64,000 nt of DNA from Bigelowiella natans CCMP2755 (lineage: Eukaryota > Protista > Cercozoa), in the NCBI GenBank assembly GCA_000320545.1, contig ADNK01001415.1:1-64000 (forward strand). The letters run 5' to 3'. The notes beneath the pieces are model-generated. The model did no database searches and had not been told where the DNA came from. It was given only the letters and a program-made list of their open reading frames with translations. The position numbers and the translations under genes are program-made. The number at the start of each line of letters is the position of its first letter. The stretch's first letter is position 1. Below are positions 39,373 through 52,798 of this stretch, one piece after another.

Positions 39373-41522
39373 ATCGAAGAATGACTGAACAACATCAACG
39401 GGTCCAATGGGATAATGCTGTGACCGCCTCCCTTGCGTGCATGCCTACATCTAGACATTGCCAATGAGCACGCCATACACAGCCTAGACATCCAGACACA
39501 TCTAGACATGCGCACCTGATCCAGGCATGCATGGCGTGCATTCATGTGAAGACTTCAAATCAAGTTAGGACGATTAGATGCACACGGATTGTGTTGTTCT
39601 GTGCATGCTAGTTTTAGATGCACCGCTCAACGAATCATCGTTGCCTTGTGTCATATAGTCACACACGTCTTTCACTAGCTGTGCAGTCTTGTCATGCACT
39701 ACTCTAGCACTGACTGCCAGCGCGCGTTGGATTGTTGGTCCACATCATCGATCAGCGACAAGGATCTAATTGACGCGGTAGCGGTGCATGCATGTACATC
39801 TAGACATATCTAGATGTGGCGTCTAGCTAGCTAGCTAGATCGATGTCCGCGACATGTGCACATACGCCAACATGCTAGCATGCATGCATTCTAACGCGCG
39901 CAAGCGTGTCTTGACGTCGATCTAGACGCGCTAGGGCGTAGATGTGTTGAGATGCATCAATTGTGTAGCACACACATCAGTGTGTATGTTGCAGAACGTA
40001 ATGCAAACGCCAACCACAAGACCTCATAACCTACTGCGTGATGCAATGTGCAATGTGGCAATGTGCGCTTGTAGCAATCTAGCAATGTGTGACAATGAGA
40101 CACGCACGTGATCACATATATTGCATTGCTCATCTGCACACCTGCCTAGATGCACACTACTACTAGACTAGACTAGATATGCATCGTGGTGCTCGTTGGG
40201 AATGGTGCGATACGCACGCATGGCCCTTGACAAACCGTGCGCATCATTGTTCACACGCACATGGCACACTGCAGCATGACGACTGACACTCTGCATGCAT
40301 GGCCGTCAAGGTATCCAACAGATTCAAATTGTTTTATCATCTTCATACGTTTAATTTCATGCGCACGCGTAGAATGCGTCTTGTTACAAGTCATGATTCT
40401 TTTGGGCAAGCACGCTTCAGACTTCCAGCAGCACTAGAGCAGCACATTGGGTACAATGTACATGTGGCGTCACTATGAATGAAACAAACTCAACATGAAG
40501 ATGTTAATTAAGCTCTTTGTTGTCTCTTCTGCTGCTACACTGCAGCTGCCATGATGATAATATTCATTCAACCATTGTTTAAATTGCTCTGAGAATGGCA
40601 CATGTGCGTTCATTTCGTAACAGCCGTCTCCCTTTTGTTTTCAGTAACAATGCCGTGTAACTTGGCACGAAAATCGTTATTCCCCTGTGCCCTCTTTGTC
40701 CTGGATCTTCCCTTCGATGGTCAACACCAACTCGAAGCTTTTTACAGAGAGACTGACGATGTTGCCATTTGGAATTTGACGAATCTTTCCATCGCACAAA
40801 GCGGTAATGGTCGACGGGGTGAGCAGCTAACTGATAAGACAAATCAATTTCGCCTAGGTAAGGCTCTTCTCCTGCTGCTACTTATTGCTGTGCAGATGAT
40901 GGTCTAGGGTCAGGGTAGATGATGCTCTAGGACGGAATATGATCGGTGCACGTGCGAGTCGTCGACATAATCTACGAGCATCATCAGAACTTAACAATTC
41001 AACGTCAAATACCATGTCGCTTTGTCAGATTATAGGACGTTATTCACATTTCGTCTTAATCCAAAATCCAACAGGAATAATAGTCATATCTAGAATATTC
41101 CCAGCTTATTCACAAGACGCATGCAGATAATCTCCTCTGAAAGTGAAAGAAAGATTTTTGGCGGAAGTATCAAGTGTTTTGGCCAGCCGGCAAAAAAGTA
41201 ATGTCGTATATGCCCTGCATTTTCCGGGGGATTTACGTCATTCTAAAGAAGGCGGTTGGAGGATTCGCGCCTGCGAAGGGATTTCAATTTCAAACCTTTC
41301 CCACTAAATATTGCTCGAAATCAATTGGAATTGCCTGAATTTTCTTCTCGGCATCACACACAGCGATCTTCTCGGAGTTGCAGAACTAGCAAAGAGGCAT
41401 GGGATTCTCTTCCTGCGACATAATAATGATGTTGTCACGCAGTTGCTCTTCAGATAACTTCTACGACACATCTGCGCCGTCTCCCACTCCCCCCCTGAAT
41501 CTAGAGAGTAGAAGCCTTTCCT

Positions 41523-42274
41523 ATGTTTCGTCGCATTCCAAACATCACACGCCGCATGGCCCAGCGTGCTGCAAACTGGTATCATTTCAATAATGATTTC
41601 CTTCCTCTAATTTCTGTGATAGTTCCATCTTCTTGCAAAATTGTTTTCTGGTCTCAGAAACTTAAAAACAGATTTTATTCACTCTTCTTCCCTCTGGTCA
41701 ACACGACCAAAAGATTACATTTTCTAACTTATTAATTACAAATGATAATTGGAATGATTTTCTCTAAATTAACTTTGGGATACAATTGACAACGTGAATT
41801 TTGTGCTTTTAAAGGGAATACCTCTCATCCACCATTGGCAAGAATGTGGACATCGAAGCTTTTCGCACTGTAACTGAGGAGATGGAAGAAGCAATTGTTA
41901 AGGCTCCTAAATCAGTTAAGCCAATTGATTTTAAGGCTTGGGAGGCTAAGGTTGGAAAGGAGGCAGTAGCTGTTGCTAAGGCTGGCTGGGAAAAATGGGT
42001 GAAGGAAGAGAAGAGTGCAAAGATGATTTCTTTTTCTGATGATCAAGTAAAGAGCCTGAAGTCGGAGGCTGCAGATATGATTGCTGCTGCTCAAACTATG
42101 GAAGACTGGCATAAATTGCGACTCCGCGAGCTGGAAATCGAAATTGCTAAGTTAACTCACGAGAAGGACAACATCGATAATCTCAGCACTGCAGATCTCA
42201 TGAAACGTTATCCTCATATCGAGAAGAGGGTAGAAGAAGAGCTTGAACAGGGTGTCTGGCCAGGATCTATCTAA
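41523..42274 (+). CDS. Mitochondrial ATP synthase subunit d (ATP5H/ATP7-like), 2 exons
   Basis: MFRRIPNITRRMAQRAANW|EYLSS...KPIDFKAWEAKVG...LSTADLMKRYPHIEKRVEEELEQGVW fits the subunit d pattern (NW, IDF/W, C-terminal P..E.....W). Confidence 0.75.
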
Positions 42275-43270
42275 ATCGCGTGTAGAGGCGCGCTTATGAT
42301 TTGTTGTTTACTTGAATACGCAAGAAGGCATTGCCCTGCTCATTCTTATTCTAATCATCAATCGATAGAGACGTTATGATGTAATAAAATTAGAAAGAAT
42401 TTTGCATTCCAAATTCTATTCTTTCCACGAAATCATTCTGAATTATATTGATTCCATTAAGGTTACACTGCCTCACCATGTTTCGCAAGTAATGCGTTAG
42501 TGCGTGCGATATACATAATTTTGTGTGATAAGTAAAGCATACACAACTGATATTGTGGTGCGGTAAGCTATATATTTTTATCTGTATGTGAACATGTGCA
42601 TGGCAGATGATGCAGCTATCTAGCTATGCGCTAGTTTAGTAGTGCGTCTAAGACGCGCTAGCACGTTACGCTGCTGGTATACCGCAATAACACAGACACA
42701 GTAATCTAGTAATGTGTACGCATATTATTGTTATGATATTACGTTCCTCTATGATCGCAACCTAGCATCGCAAGCCTCTACTTGATGCTGCTACATGCTA
42801 ATAGCGTAACAACGATTAGAACGGCTGTGCTAGCTGTGCATGGCGTCTCTAGCGTCTGTCGCTGTATGTGACGAAAAAAACTTGAATGCATGTCTCGTCA
42901 TGCTGCAAGCAATGATACATGCAAGTACATAATCAAACAATCACTGCTAGCTGTCCAGCGGTGACGATCAATGGCGCATACAGGCACCTCTATCCCGCTA
43001 TGCCATGGCTACGCTAGCTACGGCGCGAGCACGAGCGCACAGCTAGTCCTACTAGAATCTAGGAATAGCTAGCAGAGCATGGTCCAATGTGCGAAACGGG
43101 CACGTAGGTATCGTATGTACTACATACGACGTAATGCACACCGCATTGTCATTCCGCACATGCTTGATCGTATCATAGTAACGGAATTCGCACTGCTAGC
43201 TATATGTAGCAGTTGACTGTCACAATGTACGCTCAACATCATGAATGGACGGATCGACGACGCCCGCCAA

Positions 43271-44228
43271 CTATCTTCGATAAAAAAGAATCGTGACACT
43301 GTTTGCTTGCTGTTTCAGAAGGGGCTTTTTCTGGAAAAGAATCACATTCATTTGAACATACTAAAAATGATAGTACTCCAAAACGGGACAAAACCAACAT
43401 TGGGAACAAGCGCAAAGTAGAAGGGAAAACGATAGGAAATAAAAATAAAAACGAGATTCTATGGCGTTCTTACATCAAGGTCCACAGAGTCCGGCATTTT
43501 CACAAACTTCTGTAACAATCCGAGTTTCGTCTCTCGAATTAGGTACTGTAATGGAAAATAAACAGGAAACGTCGTAAAACCCCAAGTCATATTAGTTGAA
43601 GGGTGAAAAATATCACTACAAAGCAAACATCCCCCCCACTAGAAAAATGACAAGACCGTTTTGATTTTCTTCGCTCCAGAGGTGGATCGTGACCTCGACC
43701 TTGACCTTGATCTGATTACGTGAATGAATGCAGTAGTGAGCGCAAAGTCAGTACATTCTGATCACACGAGTGGAAGTTGCTGTGGTGAGGGTGGGCTTTG
43801 ACAGGGTTTTATGCAAAGTATATATCAGAATTCAGCAAGCACCTTTGTCAGTTTCGATGGGTACGGTTGTATGAATGAAATTAGCGTGCTTTTTTTTTAA
43901 AAATCAATTATGAGGATAATGACCTCTGTCCTGTCGGAGAGGAAGGCTTGTTTTCTTCGAGGAAGAACTTAACACAAATCATCCGCTTATGATGGTCCAA
44001 TAACAGTTTCACCTAGGAATATTATCGTGCTGAATTTTATCTTCACTAAGGGAGAAAGCAAAAAGTTAGTGATAGTTACAAATGATCGTTTACTTTGCAA
44101 TCAACGGAAAATCATCCCAAAGTAAAATATGCAGAAATATTATGTATTTGGTTGCTGCTCACCTTGGACTCTTCCTTCAAGTGTGGGACGAAAAACTGCA
44201 CTCCCAATTGATCTTCACCTTGAAAATT

Positions 44229-44274
<46 letters not shown>

Positions 44275-44339
44275 AAGTGAAGTATTTGAAGATTTAAATA
44301 TTTAACATTTTTTGTCTATTATATAGACGAATGTATGGA

Positions 44340-44375
<36 letters not shown>

Positions 44376-44954
44376 GTTCGTGTGTGTAATATAGTTAGAG
44401 TAACCATTCAATGCAAATAATTTCAAATTTGGTAGTGCAAATATTCGATATTTTCATTCTCACTTCTCACTTCAACTACTCCTTGTATTCTCACCGTAGT
44501 TGTACATGTCGGTGAGGATGTATCCTCCCCCTTCACTGCTGCTTTCCTTCTAATATGCACGCAAGAAAACGCGCACACGAATGATAAGTTTGTGCGTCGG
44601 AGAAGTTGGAAAATGGGATCTCCTCTGAGCCGACTTCAGGAGCAATATGATGAAGCAGTGTCGTACATTTGCGACATATTCGATGAATACATGATGCTTC
44701 TTCCTATGATCCACTCAGTTGTGCCCCTCCTTGCTTTCATATTGCGTTGTTTTTTCTACATCGCTACGGCTAACATAACAGAACCCAGTTGTGTAGTGTA
44801 CTTACTCACCCTCTTATGAGCTGCTGCTGATGAGGAATGATGGACGCTGTCAACCTTGAGCCCCCCATCTTAGTAAAAACCATAACCACAAAAACAGTGC
44901 AGTGTAAACTAGAGCTTCGAGCGAAACATCTCTTATGGCACAAGTGTAGTAATA

Positions 44955-45000
<46 letters not shown>

Positions 45001-45315
45001 CCTGTCCCCCCCTCCCCAATATCCATCCTCTCTCACCTGCTGGTGAGTCTTGATGGCCTAATTTTCTTCGTAAGGTTCTCCTTGTCTAAACAGACGGCAA
45101 CACAGTATGATGGGCGACTAAGCAGATGTCGTGATCTCGTGAAAGGATCGTTGTCATTGTTTGCACAAACGGACACTGTATTCCTCCAAATCTTTTATCT
45201 TAGCGGTGAATTTTACCTCTGTAGCAAGATTCGAGAGCTTTACTGTCATCTGCCCAAATTTCTTCCACCCGACCGTCTTCACCTAACACGTTCACGTACA
45301 CGCAACAAACTCTTG

Positions 45316-45359
<44 letters not shown>

Positions 45360-45383
45360 TATATTATTTATATTATCTACTAC

Positions 45384-45450
<67 letters not shown>

Positions 45451-45952
45451 CGTGCTGGGCAATGAGAAAAAAAGAAACATACATACAAAGCGTCTGCAAC
45501 AATAACAACAACAACAACTACTGCTACTACTCCTACTCCTACCTGGTTTCCAAAAATGAGGTTTCTAGCAATTCTTCCTAAGGTGTGCGTTTTGCTTTTT
45601 TGCTGCAGCGCCAAGATCTGTTGTAAGGATACCATGGCAACAAGAAATAAGAACAAGTCAACTAAAAACCAGAATCCGAGCTTCCTTCGCGAATATCCGA
45701 CAAAGTTTTATGTGAAGTAGTATGTATGTGACTGCTGTTGTTGTTATTGTTGTTTTAAAATAACGCACATTGTCAAGGATGCTATTGAGGTTCTCAATGA
45801 GCTGCTTCTTGGTCTTTTTAACATCTCTATCCTTCTTTTCAATCAGCTTTGTAATGGCCTTGGACTAGTTACGAGATGGTTATTTAGAGTGGGGGTGGGT
45901 GGGTTCATCGGGTATCTTACTTACCACATTGATTCCAATACAAAGACTACGT

Positions 45953-45990
<38 letters not shown>

Positions 45991-46709
45991 CACATGCACA
46001 TGCACATGCACATGCACATACGCAGTCGCACCTCTTTCTCAAGGTCCGACATTGCTTGTTGGTAGCTCTCTCCCCGTGCCGTTGTATCCTTCTGCAGCAG
46101 TAATTACAGAGTTATTGATAGATAGAGATTTACATTGAAGTAGTGTCTTCCATGGCCTTAGCAATACTGTGAAGTAAGCTCGGGCTCTTCCCAGCCCTGT
46201 CGTCATTGATCGTCGTCGATAGGCTAATGATGGTGATGATTGTTTTTATTTTCATCATTACCCCCGAGGTCGCCAGGTTTGCTAGGGAGTTTATCCGCTT
46301 AAAGAACATCAGCAACTGCGAGTAGAACTTTGCGTGGGATTCGAAGCTACGAGCGCCGTCGTCGCCGCCCCCGCCCCACGATGATTCGGCCATTCAGAAG
46401 GTGCAGATGGTGGTGGCATGGGGTAATATAAATAACAGCATGAGTAAGGAGGCATAAGACGCTGCTGTACCCATGTATCATATCATGTAAGAAGAAGCAG
46501 ATGCAGGACGGTACACACCAACAACTACTACTTCTCTGGAAAAGACATCTGGTGAGAGGGGAAGATGGATGGATAATGCAGGCAGCACACAGCTTGATTG
46601 CGTACTAGTCGATAATTCTCTTCTCATGTTTCGCGTGTTTCCGTTCACCAGAGACCCTCTAGATGCACAAATACAACAGCAATGGATGTGGATGCGTAAC
46701 GACCCGTCG

Positions 46710-46741
<32 letters not shown>

Positions 46742-47966
46742 GTCGTTATTGATATCCTTATCATCACCATCAATCACTCGTACCCATGATCAAACGCTGA
46801 ATGACGAGGTAGGAATATCATCATTATCAGCATCATCACCATCATCATCATCATCATCATCGTACGTTGCCCATGCTGTGCACTTTCAGGTCTCTATTCA
46901 ACAACTGGACCACCTACACGCACGTGTATTAGAGGAGAGAAGAGGGAAAGTCGGAGAGGGAGAGGGAGAGAAAGAGAGAGAAGGAGGCTTAGTGCAATCA
47001 CTATCAGCAAAGTGTCATTATCCATCACTGAGGAGGAGGAGGAGGAGGAGGAGGAGGAGGAGGAGGAGGGGGGGAAAGGAGCAAAATGCGACTACTTGCT
47101 CAACTATCGGCACGTCGGCGCATCCATCCGCATTCACATGAACTCCAGGAAAGCTCCTATCGCATGCAAATACCCACATGAAGGACCACATTCTCTCCTT
47201 TTCTATCTCGCCATTTTAGCTAGTTTCCAATCCGAGGCCAAGAGGGCGTTGCCATCAATAATTCCTCTCTCGAAGCGGTAACACACACAGCTGCACGGAC
47301 CTCGTGGCGAGCTTCTCAGCCTTGCTTATGACCCGACAAGGTCGGTAGAAGAAGAAATCATCGTACACTGTGAATGCCTGTCAGGTTTGCGACAATAACA
47401 ACAACAACAACAACAAATTAGAAGAGTGGGAGAAGAACTGGCAGTAGTGCTAGGTGTGAGAGCCAAAGGAGCGGCAGCAGCACAAAGAGAATCGATCCCA
47501 CCGCCACTGCAACATCAGTGCTCTAAATTGTGATGAAACACCTCGTTGAGATTTGTCCAGCATGGCTCGATGAGATCCCTTCGGAATGGCTTGATGCTGT
47601 TACCGATCTGAACGACAATCATTTCTACAATCTTGGTCTAAAAATAATTAACACTGGTAAATCACACTGCCTTACTTCCTAACCTAGCCCCCCCCCCTCT
47701 CTCTGAATCACACCTTTTTGAGAAAGCTTATTAGCAAGACGGACGCCACCATTCGGACCTCTACCCCCCACCTGTTTGTCATCATGTACTAATATGATCT
47801 AATATAGCATGCCTCTCTTCCGCCAATGGACACACGCTCTTAAAAGTATACAACATTCGACTCATACGATATACATCTACATTTGAATGTCACGATGTAG
47901 ATATTAAACAGTTGCACACACAACACACACACACAAACTCACACACACAAACTCACACACATTATA

Positions 47967-48009
<43 letters not shown>

Positions 48010-48596
48010 GTGTGCGCGCACGCGTATCTCACTATCATCCCACTACCCGCACTTATGCGCCAGCGCCTCGAGAGTGTCGTTCAGCAGCTGACACATCCCT
48101 CCTGGAGTAGCACGGGTAGTACAATGTTCAAAAGTAAAAGTATGATTGCAAACGAAATCCTGTGCGTATCAGCCTTCCCACGCACCCCCTCTTCCACCCC
48201 CTCGTTACCTTTCTCTGTGTTATCGATGAGAACATGATAGAACAACACCTCGAACATGTTAATCGTGATGGCGAAGAGATTCCTAGATACCAACATCAAG
48301 TGTGGTGAGATGATACCCAACGCTGCCTCCACAATGATTCGGTTCAACAGGACATCCACAGCTAGGCGAGCGCATCGCAATACCTCTCCTCATCTTGACT
48401 CATACGAGACTCTGTATTCCCAGGCCGGAGAAGACATGGAATGAACCTGCCGCATGAGGGATGGTGAGTATTGTTGGAGCCATACAGATATCCACACACA
48501 CACACACACACACACACACAAGGCAAAAAGGAAGAAAATATTTCGCCGAGAGAGCGAGCACGCACGCACGTGTGTTTATATTTATGAGTTTATTGA

Positions 48597-48645
<49 letters not shown>

Positions 48646-49280
48646 GTACCAACTCTGCCACTTCTTGCTGGCTAAGAATGCCCTCTTCACATCACGCTTC
48701 ACGAGGAGGTCCATCATGAGGAAGTTCTCCAGTATATACTGCCACTTAGATCTCTCATGTGTATACATTGCCTGCAGACACATCAGCCAGATATATACTG
48801 TTAGTTCTGCAAGTACTTTGTCTGACTTAGAGATGAGTCCAAACCGAAAAGAAGTGCTGAATGACATCGTCGATCTGTTTCTGTGATTTACTCTCCTTTA
48901 TCATGCTGTACAACTTAAACTTTGAGAAGTAAGCCTCCTATCAAAAGGGTCCGATTAATAAACTGTGAACAAATTGTCCATCTTAACATATTAGAGTGAA
49001 ATGACGAAAGATAATGCCGTAAAAGTGAACTTACTTCCTTGTCGGTGAGGGGAGAATCAAAAATACCCTTTTTTTTTGGCGGGGGCAGGGGCACGGCCCT
49101 TTGCCTTACGTCTCCTAATGCGTGTATTCCATTCTCTCAGCTTAAAAGCTTCCCTTGACCAAGAATGATTGCCTCTGTAAAATTTTCCGGAGTGTTCACA
49201 TACCCGTTATGTCCATTTGAAAGAGTACGTGGTTGTTGCAAGCTCACAAGCGGATCGAGACAGCTTCGGAACCTTCATTC
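43271..49280 (-). CDS. Uncharacterised multi-exon protein, helical N-terminus and HSP20/alpha-crystallin-like C-terminus; 5' end approximate
   Basis: Chain of GT-AG exons (WQYILENFLMMDLL, ITINMFEVLFYH, SKAITKLIEKKD...). Last exons LGVQFFVPHLKEESK|VKLLLDHHKRMICVKF...LLQKFVKMPDSVDLD|KKPLLKQQANSVTILFYRR*. Confidence 0.55.
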
Positions 49281-49606
49281 GGAAGAATCACAAAGAAGCA
49301 ACTAAACCCCTTCATACGTGACGGAGAAGAAAAGGGGCGTGCTGTCGAAGGTAGCACTCAAACTGCCGCCGCCGCCCCCCCCTCCACCATCGCCCAATTG
49401 TCACTGATGAAGCAGACTACCTTGTTGCACGATGAACAATGGATATTATCCCAGGTAGGTTTGCTACTAACCGGTACTACCCGGTATTCCGGGGAACGAT
49501 GGAGGAGGGGCAGCATCGCCAACAAAGCAATTGCAACAAAGCATTGTGCGTCTCAACATGCACGTTGCTGGTTTTCACACCAGTGAGATTGATCCTCGTT
49601 GTTCTC

Positions 49607-50069
49607 AGCTCGAGGCACTGCGTTTCGCACTCTGAAAGTGTCATGCAACACTTTGGAAAACGTGGTCGATCACCAAAGTTTCTTTCTTTCTTTCTTTCTC
49701 TCTCACAGCATTCGGGACGCACGTCGCAGTGTGACGGGTCAGCTGGACTGCACATCGTTGTGATCCATGTCAGCACCAGTGACAGTGATCAGTGGTGTTT
49801 GGACTGCATCATCGTGGTGTGATGTCAGACTGCATCGTGGTCCATGCCGGTGGTCCAGTGGTGTCACCTTGCCGGCTAGTCACGTGCCAGCGTGTGCGTG
49901 GAAGTTGTGCTCAATTGCACACTTGTCGTTTATACGTTGTCTGTGCTGTCTAGCTAGTTGTCCTTTTTCTCTTTCTGAAACAATGAAACAATGATGATGA
50001 ACTGCGTTTCCAAAGTGTTGCAAGACACTTGCAGTGCCAGAGTGTGCGAAACGCAGTGCTTGTTCGAAC
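49607..50069. repeat. Inverted pair of a dispersed repeat (TCGAGGCACTGCGTTTCGCAC...ACACTTTGGAAA)
   Basis: Copy at ~49607-49700 (+) and ~49975-50069 (-); the same motif recurs at 62101 and 62328. Confidence 0.75.
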
Positions 50070-50546
50070 AACAAGGTGCAGAGCGTGCGAAGCTGTTCAA
50101 CAGTTGTGCTCTGCTGTTGCACTGAACTGACTACCTGACCTTGCTAGCTAGCTGGCTTGCGGATGTGCGATGCGCATGACAGTTGGAATTGAATCTCTGA
50201 TCGTCAATCACGCTGGCACGTGCGATTCCGATGGTGCTGGCTAGCTGGGTGAATTTGTTGTTCTGATGGATGTGGGGTCTTCGATCTTGGTGGGCTCGCG
50301 TTCAATCTGAGTCCACATCACTAGCTCTGGAGCTGCTGCCTAGCTGCGTGTGAACAGCTAGTTGTGCCATCATCGCAGGCGTCACGCGTCTCTTTTGCTA
50401 GTTTGCAGCTCCATGCTGGCATGCGCGTGCATCTGCAATGATGCAGATCTCAGCACCGTGCGCATCACATGGCATCGCACCCCTAGCTAGACCCGAAACA
50501 ATGGCGCACACGCTCACCATCGCAACACAAGAACACCAGGGCGCCC

Positions 50547-50962
50547 TAGAGCTCAAGGGGGGCGGGTTTGCGGACACAGCAATTGCAGGCGCCCTGCGGC
50601 CCTGCCGAGCGTCGCCGGCCGAAGCTGACTTGCGGAAATGGCTTCTCTTGGCGCGTTGCGCCATTTCCGCATTTCACCAAGCCAAAACACAGCATTTTTC
50701 TGAAATTCAGTGAAATCTGCAAATGGAAACTTGCAAACTTCACTGCAACCACCCGCAAATTTCTCGCGCTCCGCGCGAGAAAAACACTCTTGCTTTGGCC
50801 GCAAAACCCTCATTTCCGCCCCCTTTGAGCTCCACATGCAATGGAAACTTGCAAACATCACTGCAACCACCCGAAAATTTTTCGCGCTCAGCACGAAAAA
50901 AACACCCCTTTGGCCGCAATGCAAAACCCTATAACCCTCATTTCCGCCCCCCTTGATCTCTA
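50547..50962. mobile_element. MITE-like element with hAT-type TIRs and duplicated right end
   Basis: Left TAGAGCTCAAGGGGGGCGG; right ends CCGCCCCCTTTGAGCTCCA (~50834) and CCGCCCCCCTTGATCTCTA (50962); ~120-bp tandem duplication 50718-50834 / 50837-50962; TSD not clean. Confidence 0.65.
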
Positions 50963-51692
50963 GATCACCCACTACGTGCCAGACTTGAACACACAACACG
51001 CACGACATGGCTTAGCTAGTAGAGCTAGCTATCGCGCGTGCATCATCATCAGTTTGTAGCGGCCGCAATGTCGCTACATGCCGTGCGCGATCATGATTAA
51101 TTAGCACACGATGCGATGAGTGTCTTCCATGCTAGCATAGCGTGATGACTGCGCATCGTTTGACTTCATCATGCCTAGCAGATACGCATGTACATGCAGC
51201 ATGAACTAGCAAAAACAAGCTGCAGTGATCCACAATCGAAGATTTCATGGCATTTTTCTAATTGTTATGATTTTATGAGACAATTAGAACAACGTGCATA
51301 CTTCCATAGCGGATGGCTGGGTGTGGAACACAAGCTGTTGTATCGTAGTGACAAAACTTCGATGCAATACAAAATGAAATCTAGCAGAAAAAAATATATT
51401 TGTGATAATCTAACCCCTAATAGTAGTATTCTTCCATCACCCTCATGGATGCTACAGTAACACAGCAGGTTTCGACTACCAATCTTGGCGTATCAACATG
51501 TCCAGCAATACGGCAAATTTTGACTACCAATCTTGGTATTAGTTCGTGTATGGCGTGTAAATTTTTATATACCATCCCTGAAGTAGGATTGACACCTGCT
51601 ACTAGGAGAGAGGGTGTACAGCTTTTAATTATCAATTATTTTTTATTTCCAAATTTGAGAAACCTACACCATCATCACCCAAGCAGCAGGTA

Positions 51693-52199
51693 TTATACGT
51701 TAAAACTCTCGCCACAGCCACATGTTCCTTTGGCATTTGGGTTCTCAAATGTAAACTCTGCTCTAATATCGTCCTCTACCCAATCCATTTTTGTCCCAAC
51801 TATGTAAAATACTGCCTTAGAGTCTATGTATACGTCTACTCCGTATGCTGAAATCTTTTCATCGAACTTGCCTTCCTTCCCTTCCTCTTGGTAGTCCATC
51901 ACGAAGGACATCCCATTGCAGCCTCTTGTCCGCACACCCAGCCTTAATCCTGATATATTCGAATCCTGATTTTTCTTCCGCTCGATTAGCGCCTTTATTC
52001 TATCCGCTGCGGCTGGCGTGAGCTCCACCACGTCTTTCTTCGGTATTCGACTTACTCTTTTTGCCCTGGATGAGCTATTGGTGGAGAACTCTAGTCTGGA
52101 AGAATTTGATAAACATGTTTTTCGTATCTCTTTCCTCAGGGTTCCCCTTGACAAGATCCTTGTTGTAGTAGAGAGAAAAGCCTTCAAGGGCCTTTGCAT
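51693..52199 (-). CDS. ISCA1: Mitochondrial A-type Fe-S cluster assembly protein IscA1, intronless
   Basis: LTPAAADRIK, LRLGVRTRGCNGMSF, GTKMDWVED, FENPNAKGTCGCGESF; basic presequence. Confidence 0.93.
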   Translation of the reverse strand: MQRPLKAFLSTTTRILSRGTLRKEIRKTCLSNSSRLEFSTNSSSRAKRVSRIPKKDVVELTPAAADRIKALIERKKNQDSNISGLRLGVRTRGCNGMSFVMDYQEEGKEGKFDEKISAYGVDVYIDSKAVFYIVGTKMDWVEDDIRAEFTFENPNAKGTCGCGESFNV

Positions 52200-52667
52200 T
52201 TTGGTGAGGGGCACCACGAATTAATTACTGTTGGTTAATGGACACCCAATTTTCAGACACTACGTTGAGCCTTTGAAAGGCATATTTTACCCATTCATAA
52301 TCTAAGAAATAAGTACGACAACCCTAGAATTCTCAGGTACCCATCAAAATTGATAATCTCGGAACGGTCGAAAAGTGGCGAGCGAGGAAGCGAAGCACAA
52401 GCACAAGACGGAAGAAAGCCTTCCTTTTTTCCCAACTTTTCTCGCTCTCACACGCGATATATTTCGGATATTTTGTTGGATGTCTCTGCATAGAAACGCC
52501 CTCGGATTTCATTTATCTGCAAGATCAATAATCGCCGATGATCTTCTAAGACATAATCATCCTATCCCCATCCCAACACATCTTTTAACATACATCGGCG
52601 TTCTGTACTCCATTAGCTCCTGCTAACAGGGCAGAGTTTCATCGACTCTGGGGGCCATTGTTGGAAG

Positions 52668-52749
52668 ATGTCGGAGTCTAAAATCACAGGGATGCCTGTG
52701 GACTTAAAGGTCTCATAAGAAAATACACCCATAACAGAGCAGCGATGTA

Positions 52750-52798
<49 letters not shown>

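Noticed and set aside
40670-41420. Possible small minus-strand gene divergent from ATP synthase d
   Set aside because: Exon-like pieces (LLTPSTITALCDGKIRQIPNGNIV...) but no consistent splice model or recognisable domain.
43271-48866. ZMYND10-like identity for the 43-49 kb gene (EVLFYH motif)
   Set aside because: No MYND zinc finger in the terminal exons.
51470-51540. Short direct repeat GACTACCAATCTTGG x2 downstream of ISCA1
   Set aside because: Only two copies; likely a local duplication.
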